Part shown: piece by piece, positions 9,781-18,312 of the stretch
How positions within the stretch are numbered: the first letter of the stretch is position 1
Layout of the letters: each line of letters begins with the position of its first letter
Source of the DNA: Verrucomicrobiales bacterium
GTDB lineage: Bacteria > Verrucomicrobiota > Verrucomicrobiia > Limisphaerales > JAYPEY01
Length of the DNA: 64,000 nucleotides
Direction: 5' to 3'
Assembly (NCBI GenBank): GCA_038126035.1
Contig: JAYPEY010000006.1
Coordinates: forward strand, 44,611-108,610
Notes under the pieces: model-generated
What the model was told of the DNA's origin: nothing
The model's input: only the letters and a program-made list of their open reading frames with translations
Databases searched by the model: none
Translations under genes and position numbers: made by a program

Positions 9781-9854
9781 GGGCAGAGCTGGCCCTCTGG
9801 TTGCCTCGATCTTTCTGGCCTGGAATCGGTCGTCTGGCCTCAGCGGCGCCTGCG

Positions 9855-11798
9855 CTAATCCATCTCCTCGAGTTTGGCCGCGGCGGCTTCCCACTCCGGG
9901 GTGAGGGCTTCGAGGTTGCGGGTGATGTCGGCGAGGTCGCGATTGATCTGCACGGCTTTGCCGGGGTTGTCGTAGGTCTCGGGCTTCTCCAGCTCGGCGG
10001 TGAGCTCGGCCTGCTTCTCCTCAAGGCGCTCGATGCGCTTCTCGAGATCGTACACCGTTTGTTGCGCTCCCTTGCGTTGTTTGGAGCGTCGTTGCCGCTC
10101 CTCGGCCTCGCGGCGCTTCTGCGCCTTGATCTCCTCGCGGGTGCGCTTCACCGGCTTTGGGGCGGCCCCGGGAGTCGATTGACCGGCCAGGCCTGCGGTC
10201 AGGCCGGCGCGCGCCGAATCGGCGGAGGATTTTTCAAGGTAGTATTGGTAATCACCGGCGTAGTGCGTGAGTTCGCCCGCATTGACGTGCACGACCTTGT
10301 TGCCGAGCGACCGGATGAAATAGACGTCGTGGCTGATGAAGATCAGGGTGCCTGTATATTGCTTCAGCGCTTCGATCACGGCCTCGATGCTGGCCATGTC
10401 GAGGTGCGTGGTCGGCTCGTCCATGAGCAGCAGGTTGGGCGGGTTGAGAAGGATTTTCACCAGCGCCAGCCGGCTCTTCTCCCCGCCGCTCAGCACACCG
10501 ACCGTCTTGAAGACGTCGTCGCCCGAGAACAGGAAGCAACCAAGCAGTGAACGGACCGATTCCTCGGTCACATGGCCGGCGGCGCTCAGGGCCTCGGTCA
10601 GCACATCGCGCGTCAGGTCCAATGTGTCGGTCCGGTACTGGGAAAAATAACCGACCTTGGTGTTGTGCCCGACCTCGCGCTCTCCGGTTTGGAACTGCAG
10701 GACCCCGGCGAGGATCTTCAGCAGGGTGGATTTGCCCGCGCCGTTGGGGCCGACCAGCACGATCTTCTGCCCGCGCTCCGCCTCGAAATCCATGCCCTCG
10801 TAGACCTTGTTCGAGCCGTAGGCGTGATGGATGTCCTTCAAACGGATCGCCCGGAGGCCGCTGCGTTCGGGCTGGGGGAATTTGAAGCTGATCTTGCGGT
10901 CGTCGCGCGGCGGCGGATCGAGCTTCTCCATGCGCTCGATCTGCTTGAGCTTGCTCTGCGCCTGCGAGGCCTTGGTGTTCTTCGCGCGAAAGCGGTTCAC
11001 GAAGGCCATCAGGGACTGGATTTCGCGCTGTTGGTTGTCGTAGGCGGCCTGCTGCTGCTCGTCCTTGGCCCGACGTTGGACGAGGTAGGCGTCGTAATTG
11101 CCGCGATAGCGCACGAGGCTGGTGTTGCGGATCTCGATGGTGCTGCCGATCAGCTGGTTCAGGAACTCGCGGTCATGCGAGATCAGCAGGATCGCGCCGT
11201 CGTAGTTCTTGAGATACTCCTGCAGCCAGAGCAGCGATTCCAGATCGAGGTGATTGGTCGGCTCGTCGAGCATGAGCAGGTCCGGCTCCATGACCAACAA
11301 CCGCGCGAGGTAGGCGCGCATCACCCAGCCGCCGCTCATCTCCTTCAACGGCCGGTTGAAATCCGAATTGCGGAAGCTCAATCCGCCGAGGATGCGCTTT
11401 GCCTTGGGCTCGAGTTGATAACCGCCCAGTTCATCGAAGCGCGCGTGAATCTCGTGGTCGTATTCCTCCGGCGCGTCGGGGTGCTCATTTTCCCAGGCGT
11501 GGATTTTCCGTTGCAGCTCCACGATCTCGTCGCTCACCGCGGTCGCGAGCTCCAGCACGGTCTTCTCGCCGACCGGCGCGCTCTCCTGTGGCAGGTGGCC
11601 GATGGTGAATCCGCGTTGAAACGAAATGTCGCCCGCATCCGGCGTGATGTCGCCGAGAATGATGTTGAACAGCGTCGATTTCCCGGCGCCGTTGGGCCCG
11701 ACCAGACCGATGCGATCGCCGCGGTTGACCTGCAGGCCGGCGCCTTCGAACAGGGTCCGGCCGGCGTAGATTTTCGAGATTTCGGTCAGGGTCAACAT
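9855..11798 (-). CDS. ABC-F family ATPase (two ABC domains, C-terminal coiled coil; Uup/YheS-like)
   Basis: Two Walker A sites ('GPNGAGKST' twice) and two 'LSGG' signatures, with no TM domain. ATG at 11798 ('MLTLTEISKIYAG'). Confidence 0.9.
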   Translation of the reverse strand: MLTLTEISKIYAGRTLFEGAGLQVNRGDRIGLVGPNGAGKSTLFNIILGDITPDAGDISFQRGFTIGHLPQESAPVGEKTVLELATAVSDEIVELQRKIHAWENEHPDAPEEYDHEIHARFDELGGYQLEPKAKRILGGLSFRNSDFNRPLKEMSGGWVMRAYLARLLVMEPDLLMLDEPTNHLDLESLLWLQEYLKNYDGAILLISHDREFLNQLIGSTIEIRNTSLVRYRGNYDAYLVQRRAKDEQQQAAYDNQQREIQSLMAFVNRFRAKNTKASQAQSKLKQIERMEKLDPPPRDDRKISFKFPQPERSGLRAIRLKDIHHAYGSNKVYEGMDFEAERGQKIVLVGPNGAGKSTLLKILAGVLQFQTGEREVGHNTKVGYFSQYRTDTLDLTRDVLTEALSAAGHVTEESVRSLLGCFLFSGDDVFKTVGVLSGGEKSRLALVKILLNPPNLLLMDEPTTHLDMASIEAVIEALKQYTGTLIFISHDVYFIRSLGNKVVHVNAGELTHYAGDYQYYLEKSSADSARAGLTAGLAGQSTPGAAPKPVKRTREEIKAQKRREAEERQRRSKQRKGAQQTVYDLEKRIERLEEKQAELTAELEKPETYDNPGKAVQINRDLADITRNLEALTPEWEAAAAKLEEMD

Positions 11799-12068
11799 GT
11801 CGTGTAAAAAGCCGGGGATGTTGCGCATCGCGGCAACCGGGAGCAAGCCCGAAGGCTGGCATGGATTCGAATCGTCCTCGAAACATCAAATTCCTTCAGC
11901 GTAGGCGCCGACAGGAGGCTCGTTCTCAAGACCAGCTCATCCTCCAGTGAGCGAGTCGCTCCATCCGTCGCAAGGATTGGAGGCGGGCCGAAAGCAGGGG
12001 GTTCGAGGATGTGAACGACCAGAATCGAACCCATTCCCCAATCGCTCGGAACCCGCTAGACTGCCCGC

Positions 12069-12845
12069 GTGATATTCGGATGGCTCAAGCGACGGCGGCG
12101 ACGGCGCATACTCGAACAATCCTTTCCCGGGGCGTGGAATGAATGGCTGGTCCGTCGCGTGCCGCATTGGTCGCGTTTGTCCGGCGCTGAGAAGGACGCG
12201 CTGCGCGGGCTGGTTCAGGTCGTCGTCGCCGAGAAGATCTGGGAGGGCTGCAAGGGCCTGGAAGTGGATGACGAGATGAAGGTGACGATCGCGGGGCAGG
12301 CCTGCCTTCTTCTGCTGGGCATCGAGCATGACTACTTTCAGAACGTGAAGACGATCCTCGTGTTTCCCCGGCAGTTCACACCGCACGAGATGATCGACGT
12401 GGATGAATCCGGCGTGACGCACGAATCCGCAGGGACCGCGCTGGGGTTGGCCTATGAGGGCGGGCCGGTGATCCTGTCCTGGGCCGATTCCAAGGCCGGC
12501 GGGCGCAACTCCCAGGACGGGCTGAACGTGGTGTTGCACGAATTCGCGCACAAGCTCGACCTGCGCGACGGCGTCGTGAATGGAACGCCGCCCCTGAAAA
12601 GTCGGAGCGAATACGCGCGCTGGTCCGAAGTGATGCGCCGCGAGTACGAACAACTCGTCGAAGCCTCCCGCAAACGCCGCGCGACCCTGCTGGACGACTA
12701 CGGCGCCACCGATCCGGGCGAATTCTTCGCCGTGGCGGTGGAGTGCTTCTTTGAGAAGCCCGTCCAGATGCGGAGGAAACATCCGGAGCTTTACGAAACC
12801 CTGGGGCAATACTTCGGCCAGGACCCGGCGGCGCGTTTTGATTGA
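12069..12845 (+). CDS. mtfA: MtfA-like zinc metallopeptidase (peptidase M90 / DUF980)
   Basis: 'HEFAHKLD' HExxH motif and 'GEFFAVAVECFFEKP'. GTG start at 12069. Confidence 0.75.
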   Translation: MIFGWLKRRRRRRILEQSFPGAWNEWLVRRVPHWSRLSGAEKDALRGLVQVVVAEKIWEGCKGLEVDDEMKVTIAGQACLLLLGIEHDYFQNVKTILVFPRQFTPHEMIDVDESGVTHESAGTALGLAYEGGPVILSWADSKAGGRNSQDGLNVVLHEFAHKLDLRDGVVNGTPPLKSRSEYARWSEVMRREYEQLVEASRKRRATLLDDYGATDPGEFFAVAVECFFEKPVQMRRKHPELYETLGQYFGQDPAARFD

Positions 12846-13010
12846 CGGGCCCTGCTGCGGGAGTCGCTGCGGCTGGTCTTCGACACAGCCGCGCCCCGGC
12901 CGGGCAGTGCCCGGCGCTCCGAGCCGTCATTCACCGTTGCGACTGGCCGCTTTTTTGCTGGTTGCCTTTTCGTTCACTCGCATAATGGCCGCTCGTTTCA
13001 AGGGATCCAG

Positions 13011-14270
13011 ATGACGGAAGCAGACTCCATCACCGACGCCCCGCCGGAATCCGGCGCCTCGCCGGCCGAGAAAGGGCGCGCGCCGACGCCCATCGCGCCG
13101 GGAGATTTCTGCATCCTGGTGGCGGACGACGACGGGATGAACCGCGACATCCTGGCCGAACGGCTGTCGCATGAGGGCTACCAGGTGGAGACAGTCTGCG
13201 ACGGGCGCGAGGCCCTGGCGCGGCTGCGCGGAAAGAAGTTCGATCTGGTGCTGCTGGACCTGGTCATGCCGGAGATCGAGGGCGACGAGGTCCTGCGAAC
13301 GATGAAGGGGGATCCCGAGCTGCGCGAGATTCCGGTCATCATGATCTCGGGGCTGGACGAGCTGGACACCGTGGCCCGCTGCATCGAGCTGGGCGCGGAC
13401 GACTACCTGCCCAAGCCCTACAAGCCCGTCCTGCTGCGCGCCCGCATCACGGCCTGCCTCGAAAAGAAGCAGCTTCATGAGCAGGAACAGGAGACCTACG
13501 CGGCGCTCAAGGAAAGCCAGGCGCACCTTGCCGCCGAGCTGGCCGAGGCGGCCGACTACGTGATCTCGCTGCTGCCCGAACCCCTGGACGGCGAGGTGAC
13601 CACGGAGTGGAAGTTCATTCCCTCCACCCAGCTGGGCGGCGATTCCTTCGGTTATCACTGGTTGGACGACGACAACCTGGCGATGTACCTGCTGGATGTC
13701 TGCGGCCACGGGGTGGGCGCGGCGTTGCTCTCCATCTCGGCGATCAACGTCATGCGCGCCCACTCACTCCCGGACACGGATTTCAAGAATCCGGGCAATG
13801 TGCTGGAGGCGCTCAATGAGACATTCCAGATGGAGCGGCACAACAACATGTACTTCACCATCTGGTATGGGGTCTACAACAGGAAGGACCACACCATCGT
13901 CCACTCCTGCGGCGGGCATCCCCCGGCCGTGCTGCTGACCGGCGAGGACCGCGCCTCGGCCGAACCGGTCGAATTGAAGGTCCCTGGGCTCGTGATCGGC
14001 ACCATGCCCGACATGCCTTATCGGAACGCCACCCAGAAACTCGGAAAATACAACGAACTTTTCCTGTTCAGCGACGGCGTCTACGAGGTGGACCTGCCCG
14101 ACGGCGGCATGTGGGAATTCAAGGACTTCGTGAAATTGGTGGCCCAACCCCCGCCGGCCGGCAAGAACGAGATCGACGTCGTCGCGGACCAGGTGACCGA
14201 GTGGGTCGGCGGCGGCGCCTTCGAGGACGATTTCTCCATGGTGAAGTTCGTCTTCCCCCCACGGGACTGA
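13011..14270 (+). CDS. response-regulator receiver fused to a PP2C/SpoIIE-type serine phosphatase (RsbU-like)
   Basis: REC motifs 'ILVADDDGMNRD..DLVLLDLVMPEIEG..KP'. PP2C motifs 'GGDSFGYHWLDDD..LLDVCGHGVGAALLS'. Confidence 0.85.
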   Translation: MTEADSITDAPPESGASPAEKGRAPTPIAPGDFCILVADDDGMNRDILAERLSHEGYQVETVCDGREALARLRGKKFDLVLLDLVMPEIEGDEVLRTMKGDPELREIPVIMISGLDELDTVARCIELGADDYLPKPYKPVLLRARITACLEKKQLHEQEQETYAALKESQAHLAAELAEAADYVISLLPEPLDGEVTTEWKFIPSTQLGGDSFGYHWLDDDNLAMYLLDVCGHGVGAALLSISAINVMRAHSLPDTDFKNPGNVLEALNETFQMERHNNMYFTIWYGVYNRKDHTIVHSCGGHPPAVLLTGEDRASAEPVELKVPGLVIGTMPDMPYRNATQKLGKYNELFLFSDGVYEVDLPDGGMWEFKDFVKLVAQPPPAGKNEIDVVADQVTEWVGGGAFEDDFSMVKFVFPPRD

Positions 14271-14381
14271 AGCCGCGCCGAATTCGCCGGATGTTTGCTT
14301 GATCAAATAACGCGCGTTGCGTAAAAAGCGGCAAAGATTTCTATACTTCAGTCACAACGAGCAACCTCAGCCAAGGAACAC

Positions 14382-14735
14382 ATGGAACTCTCCGTCGAAA
14401 ATTTGGATTCAGGCCATCGCTGCGTGGCGCTTTCAGGCCGACTTGATCTGAAGGGCACGCAGGAAGTCGATGCGCAGTTCACCGAGGAGACCGGCGCCAA
14501 GAAGGAGTCCGTGCTCGTCGATCTTTCCAACGTCACCTACATCGCCTCCATCGGCATCCGCATGTTCCTCAGCAACATCAAGCAGCTGCGCGCAGCCAAC
14601 GCCAAGATGGTCATCCTCAAGCCCCAGAAGATGGTCGAGGAGGTCCTCAAGCTGGCCGGCGTCGACGCCATCATTCCGATCGAGCACGACCAGGCCGCGG
14701 CGGTCGAGGTGCTGAAAGGCGGCAACGCCGGTTGA
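14382..14735 (+). CDS. STAS-domain anti-sigma-factor antagonist (RsbV/SpoIIAA-like)
   Basis: 117 aa. 'VLVDLSNVTYIASIGIRMFL' carries the phosphorylatable Ser context. AAGGA lies 8 nt before the ATG. Confidence 0.85.
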   Translation: MELSVENLDSGHRCVALSGRLDLKGTQEVDAQFTEETGAKKESVLVDLSNVTYIASIGIRMFLSNIKQLRAANAKMVILKPQKMVEEVLKLAGVDAIIPIEHDQAAAVEVLKGGNAG

Positions 14736-14770
14736 TCACGCTTCCCTTCCACCTCCGACCCGCTCCCGTC

Positions 14771-15193
14771 ATGAGCCGAACCAAGCAAATCCAGATCAGC
14801 AACGATCTTTCCGAACTCGAGCGCCTGAATCTGCTGGTGGAGGAATTTGGCGGCAAGAACAGTTTCAAGACCGAGGAGGAATACGCCATCTACCTCTGCC
14901 TCGAAGAGATGGTCACCAACGTCATCAGCTACGCCTGGCCCGACGGCGGCGAGCACACCATCGACATCCGCCTCGCGGTCGATGAGGACTCCATCCGCGT
15001 CGAGATCGACGACGACGGCGTCGAATTCAATCCCGTGGAGTTCGGGACGCCGGACACCTCGGCTCCGGCGGAAGAACGCCCCATCGGCGGGCTCGGCATC
15101 CATCTGGTCAAGCAGACCATGGACGACATGTTCTATCAGCGCATTGACAACCGAAACGCGCTGATCATGAAGAAGAAGCGGATCCAGGGTTGA
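14771..15193 (+). CDS. anti-sigma regulatory factor Ser/Thr kinase (RsbW/SpoIIAB-like, HATPase_c)
   Basis: 'LCLEEMVTNVISYAW' N-box and 'GGLGIHLVKQTMD' G-box. ATG at 14771. An alternative TTG at 14732 overlaps the STAS stop. Confidence 0.8.
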   Translation: MSRTKQIQISNDLSELERLNLLVEEFGGKNSFKTEEEYAIYLCLEEMVTNVISYAWPDGGEHTIDIRLAVDEDSIRVEIDDDGVEFNPVEFGTPDTSAPAEERPIGGLGIHLVKQTMDDMFYQRIDNRNALIMKKKRIQG

Positions 15194-15209
15194 GAGCCGG
15201 TTCGCGTTT

Positions 15210-16328
15210 TCAGGTTGCCGCCGTTTCCACCAACGCCCGCAGCAGGGCGTCCCAGTCCGCCTCCCCCGTCTCCCATCCGCTGCTGAAACGCAGGGCGCGC
15301 GAAGCCTGCGTCTCGTCGAGTCCCATTGCTGACAGGACATGCGACGCTTCCTCCTTGCCGCTGGCGCAGGCGGAGCCCGTGGAGACCGCGAAGCCCGCCT
15401 TGTCGAGTTTCACCACCCAACGATGACGGCAGTCCGCTTCCGGCATCAAGGCCGAGACCGTGTTCCAGAGACGTTCGCATCCGGCGCCGACAATCTCGCT
15501 GCCGGGCAGCGCTTCCAACAACCGGGCTTCGAATCGTCCGCGCAGTTCCAGTCGCGAAGCGACGCCGTCGGCAAGCCGATCCTCGCGCGTCGCAAGGGCC
15601 GCCATCATCGACAGGACGCCCGCGACATTCTCGGTCCCCGCCCGTCGTCCCTCCTCCTGTTGGCCGCCGACGATCGAGGCGTGAAAGCGACCCCGCTCCG
15701 GGACCTTCAAGAATCCGGCGCCCTTGGGGCCGCCAAACTTGTGCGCGCAGCCGCTGACGAAATCGCAGTCGCCCAATCCGGATGAAGGCAGTTTGCCGAT
15801 CCATTGAGCGGCGTCGCAGATGAACGGAATGCCGCGCTCGCGGCACAGGTCGCGGACATTGCGCCAAGGCTGCAGGACCCCCGTCTCGTTGTTCGCCGCC
15901 ATCAGCGCAATGGCGGCGGGCCGGGCCGTCCTCAATTCCCGATCCAACCAGCCGGCATCCACGCCGCCGCCCGGCTGGACCGGAATCAGTCGATGTCGAT
16001 CCGGGAAATGCAGCCGCGTCGCCTCCAGCAGACAGGGATGTTCGATCGCCGAAATCCAGATCTCGGCGTCGGCGCTGAGATCCCGCGCCAGATGCGCGAG
16101 GATCATGTTGTTGGACTCCGTTGCGCCGGAGGTCCACACAATATCCAGCGCATGGCAGCCCAGCAGGGCCGCCAGTTGCTCGCGGGCCTCGGCCAACGCG
16201 CGATCCGCCCGGGCCCCCAGCCGATGAGGACTGGAAGGGTTTCCCACGAACCGATCCACCGCGTCCAGCCAGGCCTCGCGCGCCTCCGGCAGGACCGGCG
16301 TCGTCGCATTGTGGTCAAAATAGATCAT
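15210..16328 (-). CDS. cysteine desulfurase (class V aminotransferase, NifS/IscS-like)
   Basis: 'FDHNATTP', 'SGATESNN', 'HKFGGPKGAGFL' (PLP Lys) and 'STGSACASG' (active Cys). Confidence 0.85.
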   Translation of the reverse strand: MIYFDHNATTPVLPEAREAWLDAVDRFVGNPSSPHRLGARADRALAEAREQLAALLGCHALDIVWTSGATESNNMILAHLARDLSADAEIWISAIEHPCLLEATRLHFPDRHRLIPVQPGGGVDAGWLDRELRTARPAAIALMAANNETGVLQPWRNVRDLCRERGIPFICDAAQWIGKLPSSGLGDCDFVSGCAHKFGGPKGAGFLKVPERGRFHASIVGGQQEEGRRAGTENVAGVLSMMAALATREDRLADGVASRLELRGRFEARLLEALPGSEIVGAGCERLWNTVSALMPEADCRHRWVVKLDKAGFAVSTGSACASGKEEASHVLSAMGLDETQASRALRFSSGWETGEADWDALLRALVETAAT

Positions 16329-16464
16329 GCGCTTTGTGGAGCGCGGACTTTAGTCCGCTTCAACCTCGGGTGTCACGACGCATTGGCGTTCCCATCGATG
16401 CCATGGTCGCAGCCTCGAAACGACATTGCGACCCGGCATCTTTGTCCTAGAATCCCACCATCCT

Positions 16465-18084
16465 ATGAAGCGATTTCTTTTGATCATTCTAGCGGGACTT
16501 GCCCTATCCTCCTGTGCGCACGCCGCCCGGAAACCCAACGTCCTCCTCATCATGGCCGACGACCTCGGCTTCTCGGACCTCGGCTGCTATGGCAGCGAGA
16601 TCCGGACGCCCAATCTCGACGGCATCGCCCGGCGCGGCCTGCGCTTCACGCAGTTCTACAACACCGGCCGCTGCTGGCCGACGCGCGGCTCGCTGCTCAC
16701 CGGGTACTACGCCCAGCAGATCCGGCGCGACAATGTCCCCGGCGTCACCAGCGGCGGTCGTGGAACGCGCCAGCCGTGGGCCGTCCTGATTCCCCGGATG
16801 CTCAAGCCGCTCGGCTACCGTTCCTACCACTCCGGCAAATGGCACATCGATGGCATGCCCATCCAGAACGGCTTCGACCGCTCCTACTACCTCAAGGACC
16901 AGGGCCGCTTCTTCAATCCTGAGATCCATTGGAAGGACGACGTCAAGCTGCCCAAGGTGGAAAAGGACTCCGGCTACTACGGCACCACCGCCATCGCCGA
17001 CCACGCGATCGAGTGCCTCAAGGAGCACGCCGCCAAACACGACGACAAGCCCTTCTTCCACTACCTGGCCTTCACCGCGCCGCACTTTCCGCTGCACGCC
17101 CTGCCCGAGGACATCGAACGTTACAAGAACGCCTATCGCCGCGATTGGGAGAAAGTCCGCGCCGAACGTTGGGCGCGCATGAAGAAGATGGGTCTGCTCC
17201 AGGGCGAACTGTCCGACGTCGAGCGCGATCTCGGCCCGCCCTATCACTTTCCCGAACACTTGAAGATCCTGGGCGACGCCGAGGTGAACCGCCCTTTGAA
17301 ATGGAGTTCGCTGACCAGGGAGCAGCGCGAATTCCAATCCGCGAAGATGTCGCTGCACGCCGCGATGATCGATCGCATGGACCAGGAGATCGGCCGCGTG
17401 CTCGATCAGCTCCGCGCCATGAATCGATTGGACAACACCTTGATCTTCTTCCTCTCGGACAATGGCTGCAGCGCCGAGATCATGGTCCGCGCCAGCGGCC
17501 ACGACCGCAGCGCGCCGCCCGGATCGGCCGCCAGCTACCTCTGCCTCGGCCCCGGTTGGTCGACCACCTGCAACACGCCTTTCCGCCGCCACAAGACCTG
17601 GACGCATGAGGGCGGCATTTCCACGCCCTTGATCGTCAGCTGGCCCGACGGCATCCAGGCGCGCGGGGAATTTCGTCGCAACCCCGGCCACGTCATCGAC
17701 ATCGTCCCGACCATCATGGACGCGGCCGGCGGCTCGGCTCCCAAACAGATGAACGGCAAGCCCGTCCCCGCGCCGCCGGGCAGGAGCCTGCGTCCCGCCT
17801 TCGCCGAGGACAATGCCGTGAAGCGCGACTGGTTCTGGTGGTTCCACGACGGTCACCGCGCCGTGCAACAGGACGGCTGGAAACTCGTTGCGCCCAAGGA
17901 TGAACCCTGGGAACTCTACAACCTCAAGACCGACCGCGCCGAATCCAACGACCTCAGCAAGTCCAAGCCGGAGCTGGCCAAGAAACTGGAGGCCCTCTGG
18001 GACGAGAAAATGGCGGAATTCAAGGCATTGGCGAAAACCGACCTGCCCGTCGGCAAAGGCAGGGGCAAAGCGAAGAAGAAATGA
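16465..18084 (+). CDS. arylsulfatase-family sulfatase (Cys-type)
   Basis: Signal peptide followed by 'PNVLLIMADDLGFSDLGCYG' and the CxPxR motif 'CWPTRGSLLTG'. ATG at 16465. Confidence 0.9.
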   Translation: MKRFLLIILAGLALSSCAHAARKPNVLLIMADDLGFSDLGCYGSEIRTPNLDGIARRGLRFTQFYNTGRCWPTRGSLLTGYYAQQIRRDNVPGVTSGGRGTRQPWAVLIPRMLKPLGYRSYHSGKWHIDGMPIQNGFDRSYYLKDQGRFFNPEIHWKDDVKLPKVEKDSGYYGTTAIADHAIECLKEHAAKHDDKPFFHYLAFTAPHFPLHALPEDIERYKNAYRRDWEKVRAERWARMKKMGLLQGELSDVERDLGPPYHFPEHLKILGDAEVNRPLKWSSLTREQREFQSAKMSLHAAMIDRMDQEIGRVLDQLRAMNRLDNTLIFFLSDNGCSAEIMVRASGHDRSAPPGSAASYLCLGPGWSTTCNTPFRRHKTWTHEGGISTPLIVSWPDGIQARGEFRRNPGHVIDIVPTIMDAAGGSAPKQMNGKPVPAPPGRSLRPAFAEDNAVKRDWFWWFHDGHRAVQQDGWKLVAPKDEPWELYNLKTDRAESNDLSKSKPELAKKLEALWDEKMAEFKALAKTDLPVGKGRGKAKKK

Positions 18085-18124
18085 TGAACGTGCGTCATTC
18101 CGATTCATTGGGAGCGCGGGGTCA

Positions 18125-18312
18125 AAATCCCAAGCTCCAAGCTCCAAATCTCAAGAAAGCTCCAAGCTCCAAATCTCAAAGGGGCCATTGGGTGGGCTCG
18201 TGGCTGCGGCCGTTGAAACAGCGAGAGCGCTCCTACGCTCAACGACGCCCATTTGGAGCTTGGAACTTGGGATTTGTTTGGAATTTGGAGCTTGGGATTT
18301 GGAGCTTTTGGA
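18125..18312. repeat. large imperfect inverted repeat built from (C)CAAGCTCCAAAT(C) subrepeats
   Basis: The left arm (18125-18180) has tandem 'caagctccaagctccaaatctcaa' twice. The right arm (18251-18312) is the reverse complement ('atttggagcttgg..' three times). Confidence 0.8.

Noticed and set aside
11990-12045. tRNA-like T-arm (GGTTCGA...TCGAACC) in the ABC-F/mtfA intergenic region
   Set aside because: No acceptor, D or anticodon arms can be built around it. It is simply a 7-bp inverted repeat with an 18-nt loop.
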